From Candidatus Woesearchaeota archaeon (GTDB lineage Archaea > Nanobdellota > Nanobdellia > Woesearchaeales > BS150m-G63), in contig JADHVD010000001.1 in NCBI GenBank assembly GCA_016784165.1, forward strand, positions 25,061-89,060: a stretch of 64,000 bases of DNA, read 5' to 3'. The translations under genes and the position numbers were made by a program. This document shows, piece by piece, positions 1 through 9,420 of this stretch. Numbering within the stretch: position 1 is the first letter of the stretch; each line of letters starts with the position of its first letter. The notes below the pieces were generated by a model. It made no database searches and was not told the origin of the DNA. It worked only from the letters and a program-made list of their open reading frames with translations.

Positions 1-577
1 TAAACCTATAAAATATCTTGCAATACCTCCAGAAGAAGTATTGGACAGAGTTAAACAAAAAGTAAAGAACGAATATCTCGATAAAACAAAATCTATGGAT
101 TCTTTAAAAGAAAGTGATATGATGAAGGAATTAGATTTATTACACATTAAAGGTGTTGATTTTATTGAACCTTCAGATATAACTGGATCTCTAAAAGGGA
201 GAGATAAAATATATTCTCACCTTAACAGAATGATTAAAAATGCAGAAAAAAGTATAATATTAGTTTCAAGTGAAGAAGGCATCAAAAGGAAATTAGATAA
301 TTTAAATAAAAGTTTAGAAAAAGCAAATAGTAAAGGTGTTAATATAAATATTTGTGCACCACATACTAATCTTAAAATAAAAGAAACATTCAAAACAAAT
401 TTGAATTTGAAAAACATAGAACAATTAAACGCAAGATTTTGTGTAGTCGATAATAAAGAAGTTCTTTTAATGTTGATGGACGATAAAGAATTACATGAAG
501 ATTTAGATGTTGCGATTTGGTTAAACAGCCCATTTTTGGCAAATTCTCTACAAACATTAATTAAATTAAATCAATAA
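1..577 (+). CDS. TrmB-family transcriptional regulator (5' end outside window)
   Basis: Frame is open from position 2 (KPIKYLAIPPEEVLDRV...) and aligns with the paralog at 31803 (GSLKGR, W.N.PF motifs). Confidence 0.85.
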   Translation, partial: KPIKYLAIPPEEVLDRVKQKVKNEYLDKTKSMDSLKESDMMKELDLLHIKGVDFIEPSDITGSLKGRDKIYSHLNRMIKNAEKSIILVSSEEGIKRKLDNLNKSLEKANSKGVNINICAPHTNLKIKETFKTNLNLKNIEQLNARFCVVDNKEVLLMLMDDKELHEDLDVAIWLNSPFLANSLQTLIKLNQ

Positions 578-668
578 TTGATATTATTTTAATTTTTAAA
601 ACCAAACATTTTTATACTACATTTCTTTATTTTTAATAAAATACTTTTTTAAAAAGGAGGTCGATAAA

Positions 669-872
669 ATGGCATTAACATTAGAACAGCTAACTCTCGC
701 AATTATAGTAGGTACTTTATCTGCAATAGTATACGCATTAAGAGTTCTTGTGATTTTAGAAAGAAGGATGGCTAGAATGGATGGTAACATCATGAAAATC
801 ACTAAAAAAGTAGTTGCAGAAGAATTGAAAATAGAGAAAGCACTAAAAATAAAAAAGAAAAAGAAAAAGTAA
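669..872 (+). CDS. Small single-TM membrane protein
   Basis: GGAGG SD upstream; N-terminal hydrophobic helix, short coiled coil, poly-Lys tail. Confidence 0.75.
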   Translation: MALTLEQLTLAIIVGTLSAIVYALRVLVILERRMARMDGNIMKITKKVVAEELKIEKALKIKKKKKK

Positions 873-913
873 CTTTTTTTAATTTTTTAATTTTAAATAA
901 ATAGATTATTAAA

Positions 914-1816
914 ATGACCTTTAAAAAAATATTAAAACAAATCAAAGAATTAAAAATACAAGGAGCACAAAATATTGCTATTTCTTCAGTAATGGCTCTT
1001 AAATGGTTTATAGACAATGAAGGCATAAAATATAAGGAAAACCTTTTATTTGAATTAGAAAAAAGAAAAAAAAAGTTAATGGAAACAAGGCCAACAGAAC
1101 CCGCAATGAGAAATTCTTTAAAATATATTCTTGAAAACATTAAACATAAACAGTTTATAGATATAAAAAAAGAAGTTAATAAAAGGGCTGATTTTGTATT
1201 AAAACAATTTAAAAAATCAAATAACATTTTAACAACAATTGGCGCTAAAAAAATAAACCAAAACAGCGTGATTTTTACTCATTGTCATTCCTCTACGGTT
1301 ATCAACATATTAAAAAGAGCACATAACACTGGGAAAAAATTTAAAGTATATAATACAGAAACAAGACCTCTTTTTCAAGGTAGAAAAACAGCAAGAGAGT
1401 TAATTTCTGCAGGAATCCCAGTAGTTCACTATATAGATTCTGCAGCAAAATTTGCTTTGAAAAAAACAGACATGGTTTTGATAGGGTGTGATGCAATTCT
1501 TTCAACAGGGAGAGTGGTCAATAAGATCGGTACCTCTATGATAATAGATTTTGCAGTTAAACAAGAGATACCTGTCTATGTATGTACAAATTCTTGGAAA
1601 TTTGATCCCCAAACAATTGTTGGTTATGAAGAACCTTTAGAAAAAAGAAATAGAGATGAAGTGTGGCACAATGCTCCAAAGGGCATAAAAATAGAAAACA
1701 TTTCTTTTGAAACTATAGATCCAGATAAAATAACTGGAATAATTTCCGAATTAGGAATTTATCAACCAAGTGTATTTGTTGAAGAAGTAAAAAGAGAGAA
1801 TAAATGGATGTTTTAA
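914..1816 (+). CDS. Ribose-1,5-bisphosphate isomerase (eIF-2B family)
   Basis: IQGA, RPTEP, THCHS, TETRP, GCD and NKIGT motifs. Confidence 0.85.
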   Translation: MTFKKILKQIKELKIQGAQNIAISSVMALKWFIDNEGIKYKENLLFELEKRKKKLMETRPTEPAMRNSLKYILENIKHKQFIDIKKEVNKRADFVLKQFKKSNNILTTIGAKKINQNSVIFTHCHSSTVINILKRAHNTGKKFKVYNTETRPLFQGRKTARELISAGIPVVHYIDSAAKFALKKTDMVLIGCDAILSTGRVVNKIGTSMIIDFAVKQEIPVYVCTNSWKFDPQTIVGYEEPLEKRNRDEVWHNAPKGIKIENISFETIDPDKITGIISELGIYQPSVFVEEVKRENKWMF

Positions 1817-2305
1817 TTAACTTATTAATTTAATTTCTTCTTCTAATTTTTTTATTATGTCTTTATTATTTTCTTGATTCATTAATAATCCACATTCAGG
1901 ACACTTAAATTCAAAATTAGTCGATTGATCAAAATTTAGACGCATACACTTATTTTCACAAGTAAAAAAAAGAGACCCATGTTCTCTTTCTAACCTTTCG
2001 TTTAATTTTTCTAATTTTTTCTTTTTTAAGTCAACTAAAAGGTATTTTATTTGGTCTGTATTTAAAGTCCAATAATAAATATACCACCCTTTTTTTTTGT
2101 CTTTTTTTCTAATAGAAGAAACCAAATTAAAATTAACTAATTTGTATAATAACACCCTCACTTCCTTGATGTCTTTTTCTAGTACTTCGGCTATTTTAAA
2201 TTCAGAGATATTTTTTTTGTTTTTTAGATAATTAACTATTGAAAGGGCATTTTCGCCAGCTACTTCTCCCACTACATATTCTATTATTTTGTTTGAAAGT
2301 CTCAT
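1817..2305 (-). CDS. tfe: Transcription factor E (TFIIE alpha)
   Basis: wHTH, GWYIYYW motif, C-terminal Zn ribbon (C..C...FKCPECG). Confidence 0.9.
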   Translation of the reverse strand: MRLSNKIIEYVVGEVAGENALSIVNYLKNKKNISEFKIAEVLEKDIKEVRVLLYKLVNFNLVSSIRKKDKKKGWYIYYWTLNTDQIKYLLVDLKKKKLEKLNERLEREHGSLFFTCENKCMRLNFDQSTNFEFKCPECGLLMNQENNKDIIKKLEEEIKLIS

Positions 2306-2419
2306 AATGTTAAGAACGTCCTAATTACATTCATTTTGTGTTTATTTTATATTATTATTCTGGGAAAATGGGTTTATAAACCTTTTGGTTTTTATAGAGG
2401 AGAATTTGCGAAAGAAAGA

Positions 2420-2785
2420 TTAGTAACTTTTTTGGATGTCGCTTATACTCTTTATTTTTTCAAAAAATACCTTTTTTTCTTTTCCTTTTTGAATTAAAAG
2501 GTAAAAAGAACAATCAAAACCCATATTTATCAAATTTTCTTTTGTTTTAAAATATTTTTCTAGTTGATTCCTTTTTTTTTGGTTTTCAAAAGGATAATAT
2601 TTGGGTTTTCTAGTCGATTTACTCTCTACAATCGCAACTTTTTCTTTTCCTTCTTGGCTGTAAAACAAAATCCAATCAATCTGTTCAGGATTAATTAATT
2701 TAAATATTTGTTCTGTATTAAATTTTTCTTTTAATATTTTTCTACTTTCTCTTTCCCATATTTGACCTAATCTTCTTGGATTCAT
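2420..2785 (-). CDS. PD-(D/E)XK nuclease, Hjc-like
   Basis: G..WE helix, then ID-W and VESK motifs in a 121-aa protein. Confidence 0.6.
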   Translation of the reverse strand: MNPRRLGQIWERESRKILKEKFNTEQIFKLINPEQIDWILFYSQEGKEKVAIVESKSTRKPKYYPFENQKKRNQLEKYFKTKENLINMGFDCSFYLLIQKGKEKKVFFEKIKSISDIQKSY

Positions 2786-2870
2786 TTTTATTATATATTA
2801 AACACACATTATATATTTTTCTTTTTTAAAAATCAAAAATTTTATAACCTTGAGGAATTTAAGATAAATA

Positions 2871-3080
2871 ATGACAAATAGAACAATACCTTTGGCGGCA
2901 ATGGATAAACTTTTAAAAAAAGCAGGTGCAGAAAGAGTTGCCGATAGTGCAAAAAGGGTGTTAAGGGATAGTTTAGAGGGTATAGCAGAAGATATAGCCT
3001 CTCATGCAACTAAATTAGCCTCACATGCCGGAAGAAAAACAATAAAAAGTGGAGATGTTAGGCTTGCTGCCAGAGATTAA
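2871..3080 (+). CDS. Archaeal histone (HMf family)
   Basis: IPLA, GAERV, HAGRKTIKSGD signature. Confidence 0.95.
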   Translation: MTNRTIPLAAMDKLLKKAGAERVADSAKRVLRDSLEGIAEDIASHATKLASHAGRKTIKSGDVRLAARD

Positions 3081-3967
3081 ATTTTAATTTTCATAAAATC
3101 TTCTGCACAAACAACATCATCAAAGAAATCTCTAGCATCTTCTTCTAATTCTTGGGTGTTTTTATACCTATTACTGAAATGAATTAGAATTAATTTTTTT
3201 ACATTTGATTTATTTGCAATCAAGGCTGATTGTTTAGCTGTGAGGTGGAAATATTTTTTAGCTTTATCTTCTAATTTGCTACCATAAGAAGATTCACAAA
3301 CCAATAAATCTGCGTTTTCTGAAATTTTATAACAATTATCACATAAAATGGTGTCAGATATTATGCTTAATTTTTTCCCTTTTACAATATAAGTTAAATT
3401 ATTTATATCTATTTTATTTCCTTTCCAATTAATATTTTTTCCTTCTTGTAATTTACCTAACAAAGGACCTTCAGGAATTCCTAGTTTTTCTATTTCTTTT
3501 ATTTTAATTCTTCTTTTATCTTTTTCAATAAAAGAAAAAGCTAAAGATTCTATTTTGTGTTTTAAGGGCATAGTTTCCAATTTAAATAATTGGTTTTCAA
3601 AAAAAACACCTTCATTTATTTCTTCAACATTTATTTTTATTTGTTTGTCTGATGGAAACGCCTTAAAAATATGATCAATTCTTTCTTTAGTTCCTTTTGG
3701 GCCATAGATTTTCAAAGTTTTAGTATACTCTAAAGCACCAAGACTTTGCAAGATGCCGGGTAAACCAAGTACATGGTCACCATGCCAATGGCTAAGGAGT
3801 ATTTTATTTATTTTAGTTAAACTAATTCCAGCTATTTTCATTTGTCTTTGCGTACCTTCTCCACAATCTATAAGGATCCCTTCAGAGCCATAACTAAGAA
3901 ATAAAGATTGCTGGTTTCTTTCTTTTGTTGGAGTCATACACGAAGTACCTAAAAAAGTTAATTTCAT
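3077..3967 (-). CDS. rnz: Ribonuclease Z
   Basis: FLGTS..PT.ER, DCGEGTQ, HWHGDH, IHFS.RY; start placed at MKLTFLG. Confidence 0.95.
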   Translation of the reverse strand: MKLTFLGTSCMTPTKERNQQSLFLSYGSEGILIDCGEGTQRQMKIAGISLTKINKILLSHWHGDHVLGLPGILQSLGALEYTKTLKIYGPKGTKERIDHIFKAFPSDKQIKINVEEINEGVFFENQLFKLETMPLKHKIESLAFSFIEKDKRRIKIKEIEKLGIPEGPLLGKLQEGKNINWKGNKIDINNLTYIVKGKKLSIISDTILCDNCYKISENADLLVCESSYGSKLEDKAKKYFHLTAKQSALIANKSNVKKLILIHFSNRYKNTQELEEDARDFFDDVVCAEDFMKIKI

Positions 3968-4061
3968 TTTAATATGGTGGGGTTTAAAGAACATTATATA
4001 TTTTTTGTTTTTATATATCTAAAAACAAAGATTTTTAAACATATTTTGTTTTGCTTATTAC

Positions 4062-4598
4062 ATGGTTAAGAAAGAACCAGTTAAAGCAATATTTGCAGAA
4101 GAAAGAGTTATAACAGAAAAAAGCGATGCTTCTAGATTATTTTATGATAAAAGTAGGTTTGGGTCTTTATTAAGTGATGGAAAAATACAATTATCTCTTT
4201 TAGAATCCCTTTATTTGATTGAAAAAGAAAGTTTGATCGTTCTTGATGGAAGAAACAAAGAGATATCTTTTGAAAGATTTATTAAAAAAGCTAAAAGAAA
4301 AGAACCCCATTTTTGGATTAGGTATTGTGTATTCAAGGATTTAAGAAATAGGGGATATATTGTTAAAACTGCTTTAAAATTTGGTGCAGATTTTAGGGTT
4401 TATGATAGGGGTGTGAAACCAGGAGAAGATCACGCAAGATGGATTATTTATCCAGTACACGAAGCGAGTGGGTTAACTTGGTACGAATTTGCAGCTAAAA
4501 ATAGGGTTGCACATTCAACTAAAAAAAGACTTATGATGGGTATAGTGGATGACGAAGGAGATGTAACTTATTATGAAATAAGGTGGGTAAGGCCTTGA
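4062..4598 (+). CDS. endA: tRNA splicing endonuclease (single-unit, alpha4 type)
   Basis: LSLLESLYL, DLR.RGY.VKTALKFGADFRVY, catalytic His in EDHA. Confidence 0.95.
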   Translation: MVKKEPVKAIFAEERVITEKSDASRLFYDKSRFGSLLSDGKIQLSLLESLYLIEKESLIVLDGRNKEISFERFIKKAKRKEPHFWIRYCVFKDLRNRGYIVKTALKFGADFRVYDRGVKPGEDHARWIIYPVHEASGLTWYEFAAKNRVAHSTKKRLMMGIVDDEGDVTYYEIRWVRP

Positions 4599-4640
4599 AA
4601 ACAAAAAAATATTTATAGCTATTAATTTTATATTTCTTTT

Positions 4641-5570
4641 ATGGTTGGGGAAACAGAATTTATGATTAAAAAGAAGACTATTTTGCGTTTAATTAGTGAA
4701 AAAGGTCCACTAATACCTTCTCAAGTATACAAGGAAATAGAAGAAAATGTTTTGCTGGCATCAGCACTTTTATCTGAAATGGCATCTGAAAAATTAGTTA
4801 AAATTTCTTCTGTTAAAATAGGTGGTAGCCCCCTTTATTATTTAAAAGGGCAAGAAAAATTACTTGAAAAACACATAGATAGATTGCACGAAAAAGAAAA
4901 AAAAGCAGTAGATTTGTTAAGACAAAATAATGTTTTAATGGATATCTCTTTAGAGCCAGTGATAAGGGTTGCATTAAGGCAAGTAAAAGATTTTGCAAAA
5001 GCATTTGAAGTCAAAATTGGTGAAAAGAAAGAAATGTTTTGGAAATGGCACTCTTTTCCTTCTAATGAATTGGGGTGGAAGGTAAAAGAGATTCTTAAAA
5101 CCTCAACACCTAAAAATTACTCAATAAATTCTAAACAAAAAACAACGCAACAACACAAACAACCACAACCAACACAATCAAATATAAATTCTTTGCAAAA
5201 ACAACAAAAAATAGTTGAAGTAAAGAAAACATTAAAAAGAGAAACAAAAAAGAAAAAAGATGATTTTTTATCCAAAGTTTTACAAAATCTTGAAATGGAT
5301 AAATTGAGAGTTATTACCCAAACTTCTTTAAGAACAAATAAAGAATCAGAATTTGTTGTTGAGATACCTTCTGCAGTTGGTCGGTTAGTGTATTACTGTA
5401 AAGCAATTAATAAGAAAAAATGTAATGATGGCGATTTGAGTTCTGCTTTTGTTCAAGGACAATTGAAGAAATTACCGGTGTTGTTTTTAATAACTGGAGA
5501 TTTAACAAAAAAAGCAAAAGAGATGTTAAAAAAAGAGTTTAAGGGCATGGTTGTAAAGAAGGTGGTTTAA
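4641..5570 (+). CDS. Hypothetical protein: N-terminal wHTH, Q-rich linker, C-terminal restriction-endonuclease-like domain
   Basis: 309-aa ORF whose stop directly abuts the fen1 ATG; domain calls are by pattern only. Confidence 0.6.
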   Translation: MVGETEFMIKKKTILRLISEKGPLIPSQVYKEIEENVLLASALLSEMASEKLVKISSVKIGGSPLYYLKGQEKLLEKHIDRLHEKEKKAVDLLRQNNVLMDISLEPVIRVALRQVKDFAKAFEVKIGEKKEMFWKWHSFPSNELGWKVKEILKTSTPKNYSINSKQKTTQQHKQPQPTQSNINSLQKQQKIVEVKKTLKRETKKKKDDFLSKVLQNLEMDKLRVITQTSLRTNKESEFVVEIPSAVGRLVYYCKAINKKKCNDGDLSSAFVQGQLKKLPVLFLITGDLTKKAKEMLKKEFKGMVVKKVV

Positions 5571-6605
5571 ATGGGTGTTGCTTTAAAAGATTTAATTGTT
5601 AGAAAGGAAATTTCTTTTGATGAATTAAAAGATAAAATGTTAGTTGTTGATGCATATAATAATCTTTACCAATATCTTTCATCAATTCGACAACGAGATG
5701 GATCTCTTTTAACAGATTCCAAAGGCAATATTACTTCTCACTTGATTGGTTTATTTGCTAGAACTACAAGCCTTATGCAAAAAGGGTTAAAATTAATTTT
5801 TGTTTTTGATGGTGAACCTCCTGAGATGAAAAAAGAAGAAAGGGAAAGAAGGAAAGAAATAAAAATCGAAGCAGAAAAAAAATATTTAGAAGCAGAAAAA
5901 AAAGGAAATCAACAAGAAATGAAAAAATATGCTGCTAGAACTTCTAGATTGACTTCCAAAATGGTTGATGAAGCAAAGCGGTTGGTTGAAGCACTTGGAC
6001 TTCCAGTTATTCAAGCAATTAGTGAAGGAGAGGCACAGGCAGCACATATGGTTAATAAAGGGGATGCGTTTGCAATAATCAGTCAAGATTATGATTCTTT
6101 GCTCTACGGTGCAGAAAGAGTGCTTCAGAACGTTACAATTTCTGCTAAAAGAAAAATAAAGGGTTCTGTTGCTTATCAAACATTAAAACCCAGCATGATT
6201 GGGTTTAGTGAGAATTTAAATTATTTGGGAATAGATAAAGATCAATTGATTGTTTTATCTATTTTAGTTGGAACTGATTATAATATTGGGGGTGTAAAAG
6301 GTATAGGTCCTAAAAATGCATTGAAGTTAGTTAAACAATATGGTTCTGATTTCGATGATCTTTTTGAAGATGTTAAATGGGCAGATCATTTTAATTTTCC
6401 TTGGACTGATGTCTATTATACTTTTAAAAAAATGCCAATGAAAGATGATTATGAATTAAAATGGAAAGAACCAAACGAAAAAGAACTTAGAAGATTATTG
6501 GTCGAAGAACATGATTTTTCTGAAGATAGGTTTGAAAAAACAATTAAAAAATTAATTAAAAATAAAGAAGAGAAAAAACAAAAAGGGTTGGGAGATTTTT
6601 TTTAA
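5571..6605 (+). CDS. fen: Flap endonuclease 1
   Basis: MGV start, VFDG, EGEAQAA, SQDYD, GTDYN..G..GIGPK.A, C-terminal PIP box QKGLGDFF. Confidence 0.97.
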   Translation: MGVALKDLIVRKEISFDELKDKMLVVDAYNNLYQYLSSIRQRDGSLLTDSKGNITSHLIGLFARTTSLMQKGLKLIFVFDGEPPEMKKEERERRKEIKIEAEKKYLEAEKKGNQQEMKKYAARTSRLTSKMVDEAKRLVEALGLPVIQAISEGEAQAAHMVNKGDAFAIISQDYDSLLYGAERVLQNVTISAKRKIKGSVAYQTLKPSMIGFSENLNYLGIDKDQLIVLSILVGTDYNIGGVKGIGPKNALKLVKQYGSDFDDLFEDVKWADHFNFPWTDVYYTFKKMPMKDDYELKWKEPNEKELRRLLVEEHDFSEDRFEKTIKKLIKNKEEKKQKGLGDFF

Positions 6606-7783
6606 ATTTTTAAAACATAAATAGGCGTCAATTCTGTAATAATTTTGGCCATACCTAATTCTACTGTTTTTTGAACAACTTCTCTACCCCTATAATTAAA
6701 TTGAAGTTCCTTTACATTTGAAATTATTTTTTTCCCTACTCCATTCGCCATTTCTATTTCAAAAAATCTTTTATTATTAATTTCAAAAACATTATCTACA
6801 GTTAAGGAATCAATAAACCTATAACCTCCACCATGTGGAAGAATATTTACATTATTTAATCGATTATATACTCCAAGTTCTTTTGCTCTTTTTGTAAATC
6901 CCAATATTTCTATTTGTTCTTTCGTAAAATTTTTATTTCCATGAGCTAAGTAAGAAGGAATATCTGCCCTAATAGATATTGGAAAAATTTGTTTTTTATT
7001 TTTTATTGGTTGACACCCCAGAACTATTTCATTTGGGTTTAATAATCCTTGGTGGCAAATATTAGATATTATTTTTCCTCCAAATAACTCTTTGAATGCA
7101 ATTTCTCTTCTTTTATTTGCGAATTCTTCTGCATACCTATAAAATTTAAAATATTTTTTAAGTTCTTGTCCTTGTAAGGTATGTAATGAACCAAAAGGTG
7201 TTTTGATTCTATCACTCATTTCTAATAATTTTTTACTATGGGTCCAATAAAGGCCGAACCCTTTATCATGATCACCTTTTAATTCTGGACAACCAGCATG
7301 CATTATTACGGCATATTTTGGAAAATTAGTTGAATAATTATGTACTTCAAATACATCTATGAAGTGATTTCCCTTATAAAAATCCCACTTTACTTTTGTA
7401 CCTTTTATTTCAATGTCACTTTTTTGTAATTCTCTTATTTTGTTTATTAATTCTTGAGGTTTGGGTATTTTATTTAAAGAACCAACAAGCATACCACAAG
7501 CATTAGGTAATGAATCTAATATTGTGAGGTTTTCTTTTCCATTACCCCAACTTAGTTTTCCACCATAAGAAATTCCAGATTCCCACCGGCCAATATTTCT
7601 TGTTACAGTTTCATCAGGCGTCGTAATAAATGTAGCATTGGGTGTCATGCCTAGCCTTTCTTGGACATAATGGATTTTGGCTAATCCATATTTCATATTT
7701 TCGTGGCTTAAACGAGATGCGGCATCATCTATCCCTGTTGAGAAAATATGTTTTTTTGCTCTTTCTAACGGTTCCTGACCCAT
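6602..7783 (-). CDS. Divergent RtcB-like RNA ligase
   Basis: Ordered RtcB-like motifs PD, NACG, GNHF, MHAG, CHQ, PHGGG and a C-terminal P..VLK. Confidence 0.75.
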   Translation of the reverse strand: MGQEPLERAKKHIFSTGIDDAASRLSHENMKYGLAKIHYVQERLGMTPNATFITTPDETVTRNIGRWESGISYGGKLSWGNGKENLTILDSLPNACGMLVGSLNKIPKPQELINKIRELQKSDIEIKGTKVKWDFYKGNHFIDVFEVHNYSTNFPKYAVIMHAGCPELKGDHDKGFGLYWTHSKKLLEMSDRIKTPFGSLHTLQGQELKKYFKFYRYAEEFANKRREIAFKELFGGKIISNICHQGLLNPNEIVLGCQPIKNKKQIFPISIRADIPSYLAHGNKNFTKEQIEILGFTKRAKELGVYNRLNNVNILPHGGGYRFIDSLTVDNVFEINNKRFFEIEMANGVGKKIISNVKELQFNYRGREVVQKTVELGMAKIITELTPIYVLKI

Positions 7784-7784
7784 T

Positions 7785-8444
7785 TTAATTTTCTAGAATC
7801 ATTTTGTAAGACTCTATTTTTCGTATGTCTTTTGTTCTTAATTTTAAATGAGTTTTTAGGTTTTGAACTATTTTCAATGTTTCTTGGTGTAGTTTTTTAC
7901 CTTGTACCTTACTTTCTTTGTAGAATAATTTATCATAATCTTTCAACCTTTTATTGATTCTATCATCAATAATATCTTCCATGGTTCCTTTTTTACCCAT
8001 TATACCCCTAATCATGCCCATAAAACCTAGACGTTCTAAGGCATCAGCATCAAACACTACTTTTTCTTCTGGGCTTGAAGGTTTAATCATGGAAGTAGGT
8101 GTATGTTTTACCACTATTTTAGTGATTTTTCTTATTGTTTTAGGGTCTTCGATTAAAGATTCAAGAAATTCTTCTGCTCTTGAGCCTCCATCAATTCCAT
8201 GAAATTCCCCGGTAGTTGCATTTATTCTACCTATATCATGCATTAATGCCCCACAAATTAGAACAAAGGGATCTATTTCTTCTTTTATTTTTCTTCCAAT
8301 TTCTATAGAATGTTTACATACTTCAAGAACATGAGAATAATCGTGACCTTCTGCTTTATGGTGTTTTTTTTCAATAAAACGAATAATTTTTTCAATTACC
8401 TTTTTTTCTTTATTTGTTAATTTTTTTTTAAACACCAAAATCAC
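7785..8444 (-). CDS. HD-domain phosphohydrolase
   Basis: H...H, ALMHDIG, H, H, DAD.LE motifs; exact start uncertain. Confidence 0.9.
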   Translation of the reverse strand: MILVFKKKLTNKEKKVIEKIIRFIEKKHHKAEGHDYSHVLEVCKHSIEIGRKIKEEIDPFVLICGALMHDIGRINATTGEFHGIDGGSRAEEFLESLIEDPKTIRKITKIVVKHTPTSMIKPSSPEEKVVFDADALERLGFMGMIRGIMGKKGTMEDIIDDRINKRLKDYDKLFYKESKVQGKKLHQETLKIVQNLKTHLKLRTKDIRKIESYKMILEN

Positions 8445-8549
8445 CTCTTTTAATGGTTGGTTGATTAGAGCATATATAAATTTTTTTAAATTGGGATCGT
8501 TTTACACGTTTTCAATAAATTTAAATAAGATTGGTGGGTGAGGTTTAGT

Positions 8550-9416
8550 ATGGAATGGTATTTTTTTGGTTTAATGGCTGCAATTTTTTTCTCTGGAAGA
8601 ATAGTGTTACAAAAAAAAACACTACTTAAAGAACACGCACTAGAAATGTCTACAGTTTTATCTATTTTTATATTTGTTTTATTTTTCGTGTTTATTGGAA
8701 AAGTAGATTTTTCAATCTCTTTTAATATTGTGCTTTTAATTTTCTTTACATCTATATTATGTACTTTTGGCTTTTGGTTTTTAGCAAAAGGGATTAGGCA
8801 CATGCAAGTGTCTGTAACTTCACCTTTACTTAATTTTAGTCCAGCTTTTGTTGCGATACTCGCAGTATTCTTTTTGGGAGAAAGGCTAAGTCATATTCAA
8901 TTTACGGGAATTTCTTTACTTGTTTTGGGTGCGTATTTTTTAGAAGTAGAGCACCCATTTAAAAATCCATTTAAACCAGTCATTCATTTATTTAAATCTA
9001 AATATACTCAATATTTATTTTTGGCAATGATATTATACTCTTTTGTTTCCATATTAGATAAATTTATTCTTGGAAAAACAGACCAATTTACATATCTTTT
9101 TATTTCACAATTATTTGTAATGATCAATTTTATTTTTTTAATTAACTTATTTCATGATGGTTTTAGGGGTATTGGGCATGGAATAAAAAAAGCAGGTAAA
9201 TGGATTTTTTTGTTGGCAATGATATTTATTGCACAAAGACTTTTTTATATGACTTCAGTAACTATGGTGCAAGTTAGTTTAGCATATCCTCTTTACAGGG
9301 TAGGCACTCTTTTTTCCACAATAATAGGCGGAAAAGTATTCCATGATGGGCATATGGCTCATAGAATTTTTACGTGTTTAATTATGATTATTGGGGCGGT
9401 ATTGGTGGTAATTTGA
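8550..9416 (+). CDS. EamA/DMT-family transporter
   Basis: About 10 TM helices in two repeats; P.F..ILA..FLGE.L motif. Confidence 0.85.
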   Translation: MEWYFFGLMAAIFFSGRIVLQKKTLLKEHALEMSTVLSIFIFVLFFVFIGKVDFSISFNIVLLIFFTSILCTFGFWFLAKGIRHMQVSVTSPLLNFSPAFVAILAVFFLGERLSHIQFTGISLLVLGAYFLEVEHPFKNPFKPVIHLFKSKYTQYLFLAMILYSFVSILDKFILGKTDQFTYLFISQLFVMINFIFLINLFHDGFRGIGHGIKKAGKWIFLLAMIFIAQRLFYMTSVTMVQVSLAYPLYRVGTLFSTIIGGKVFHDGHMAHRIFTCLIMIIGAVLVVI

Positions 9417-9420
9417 AAAT

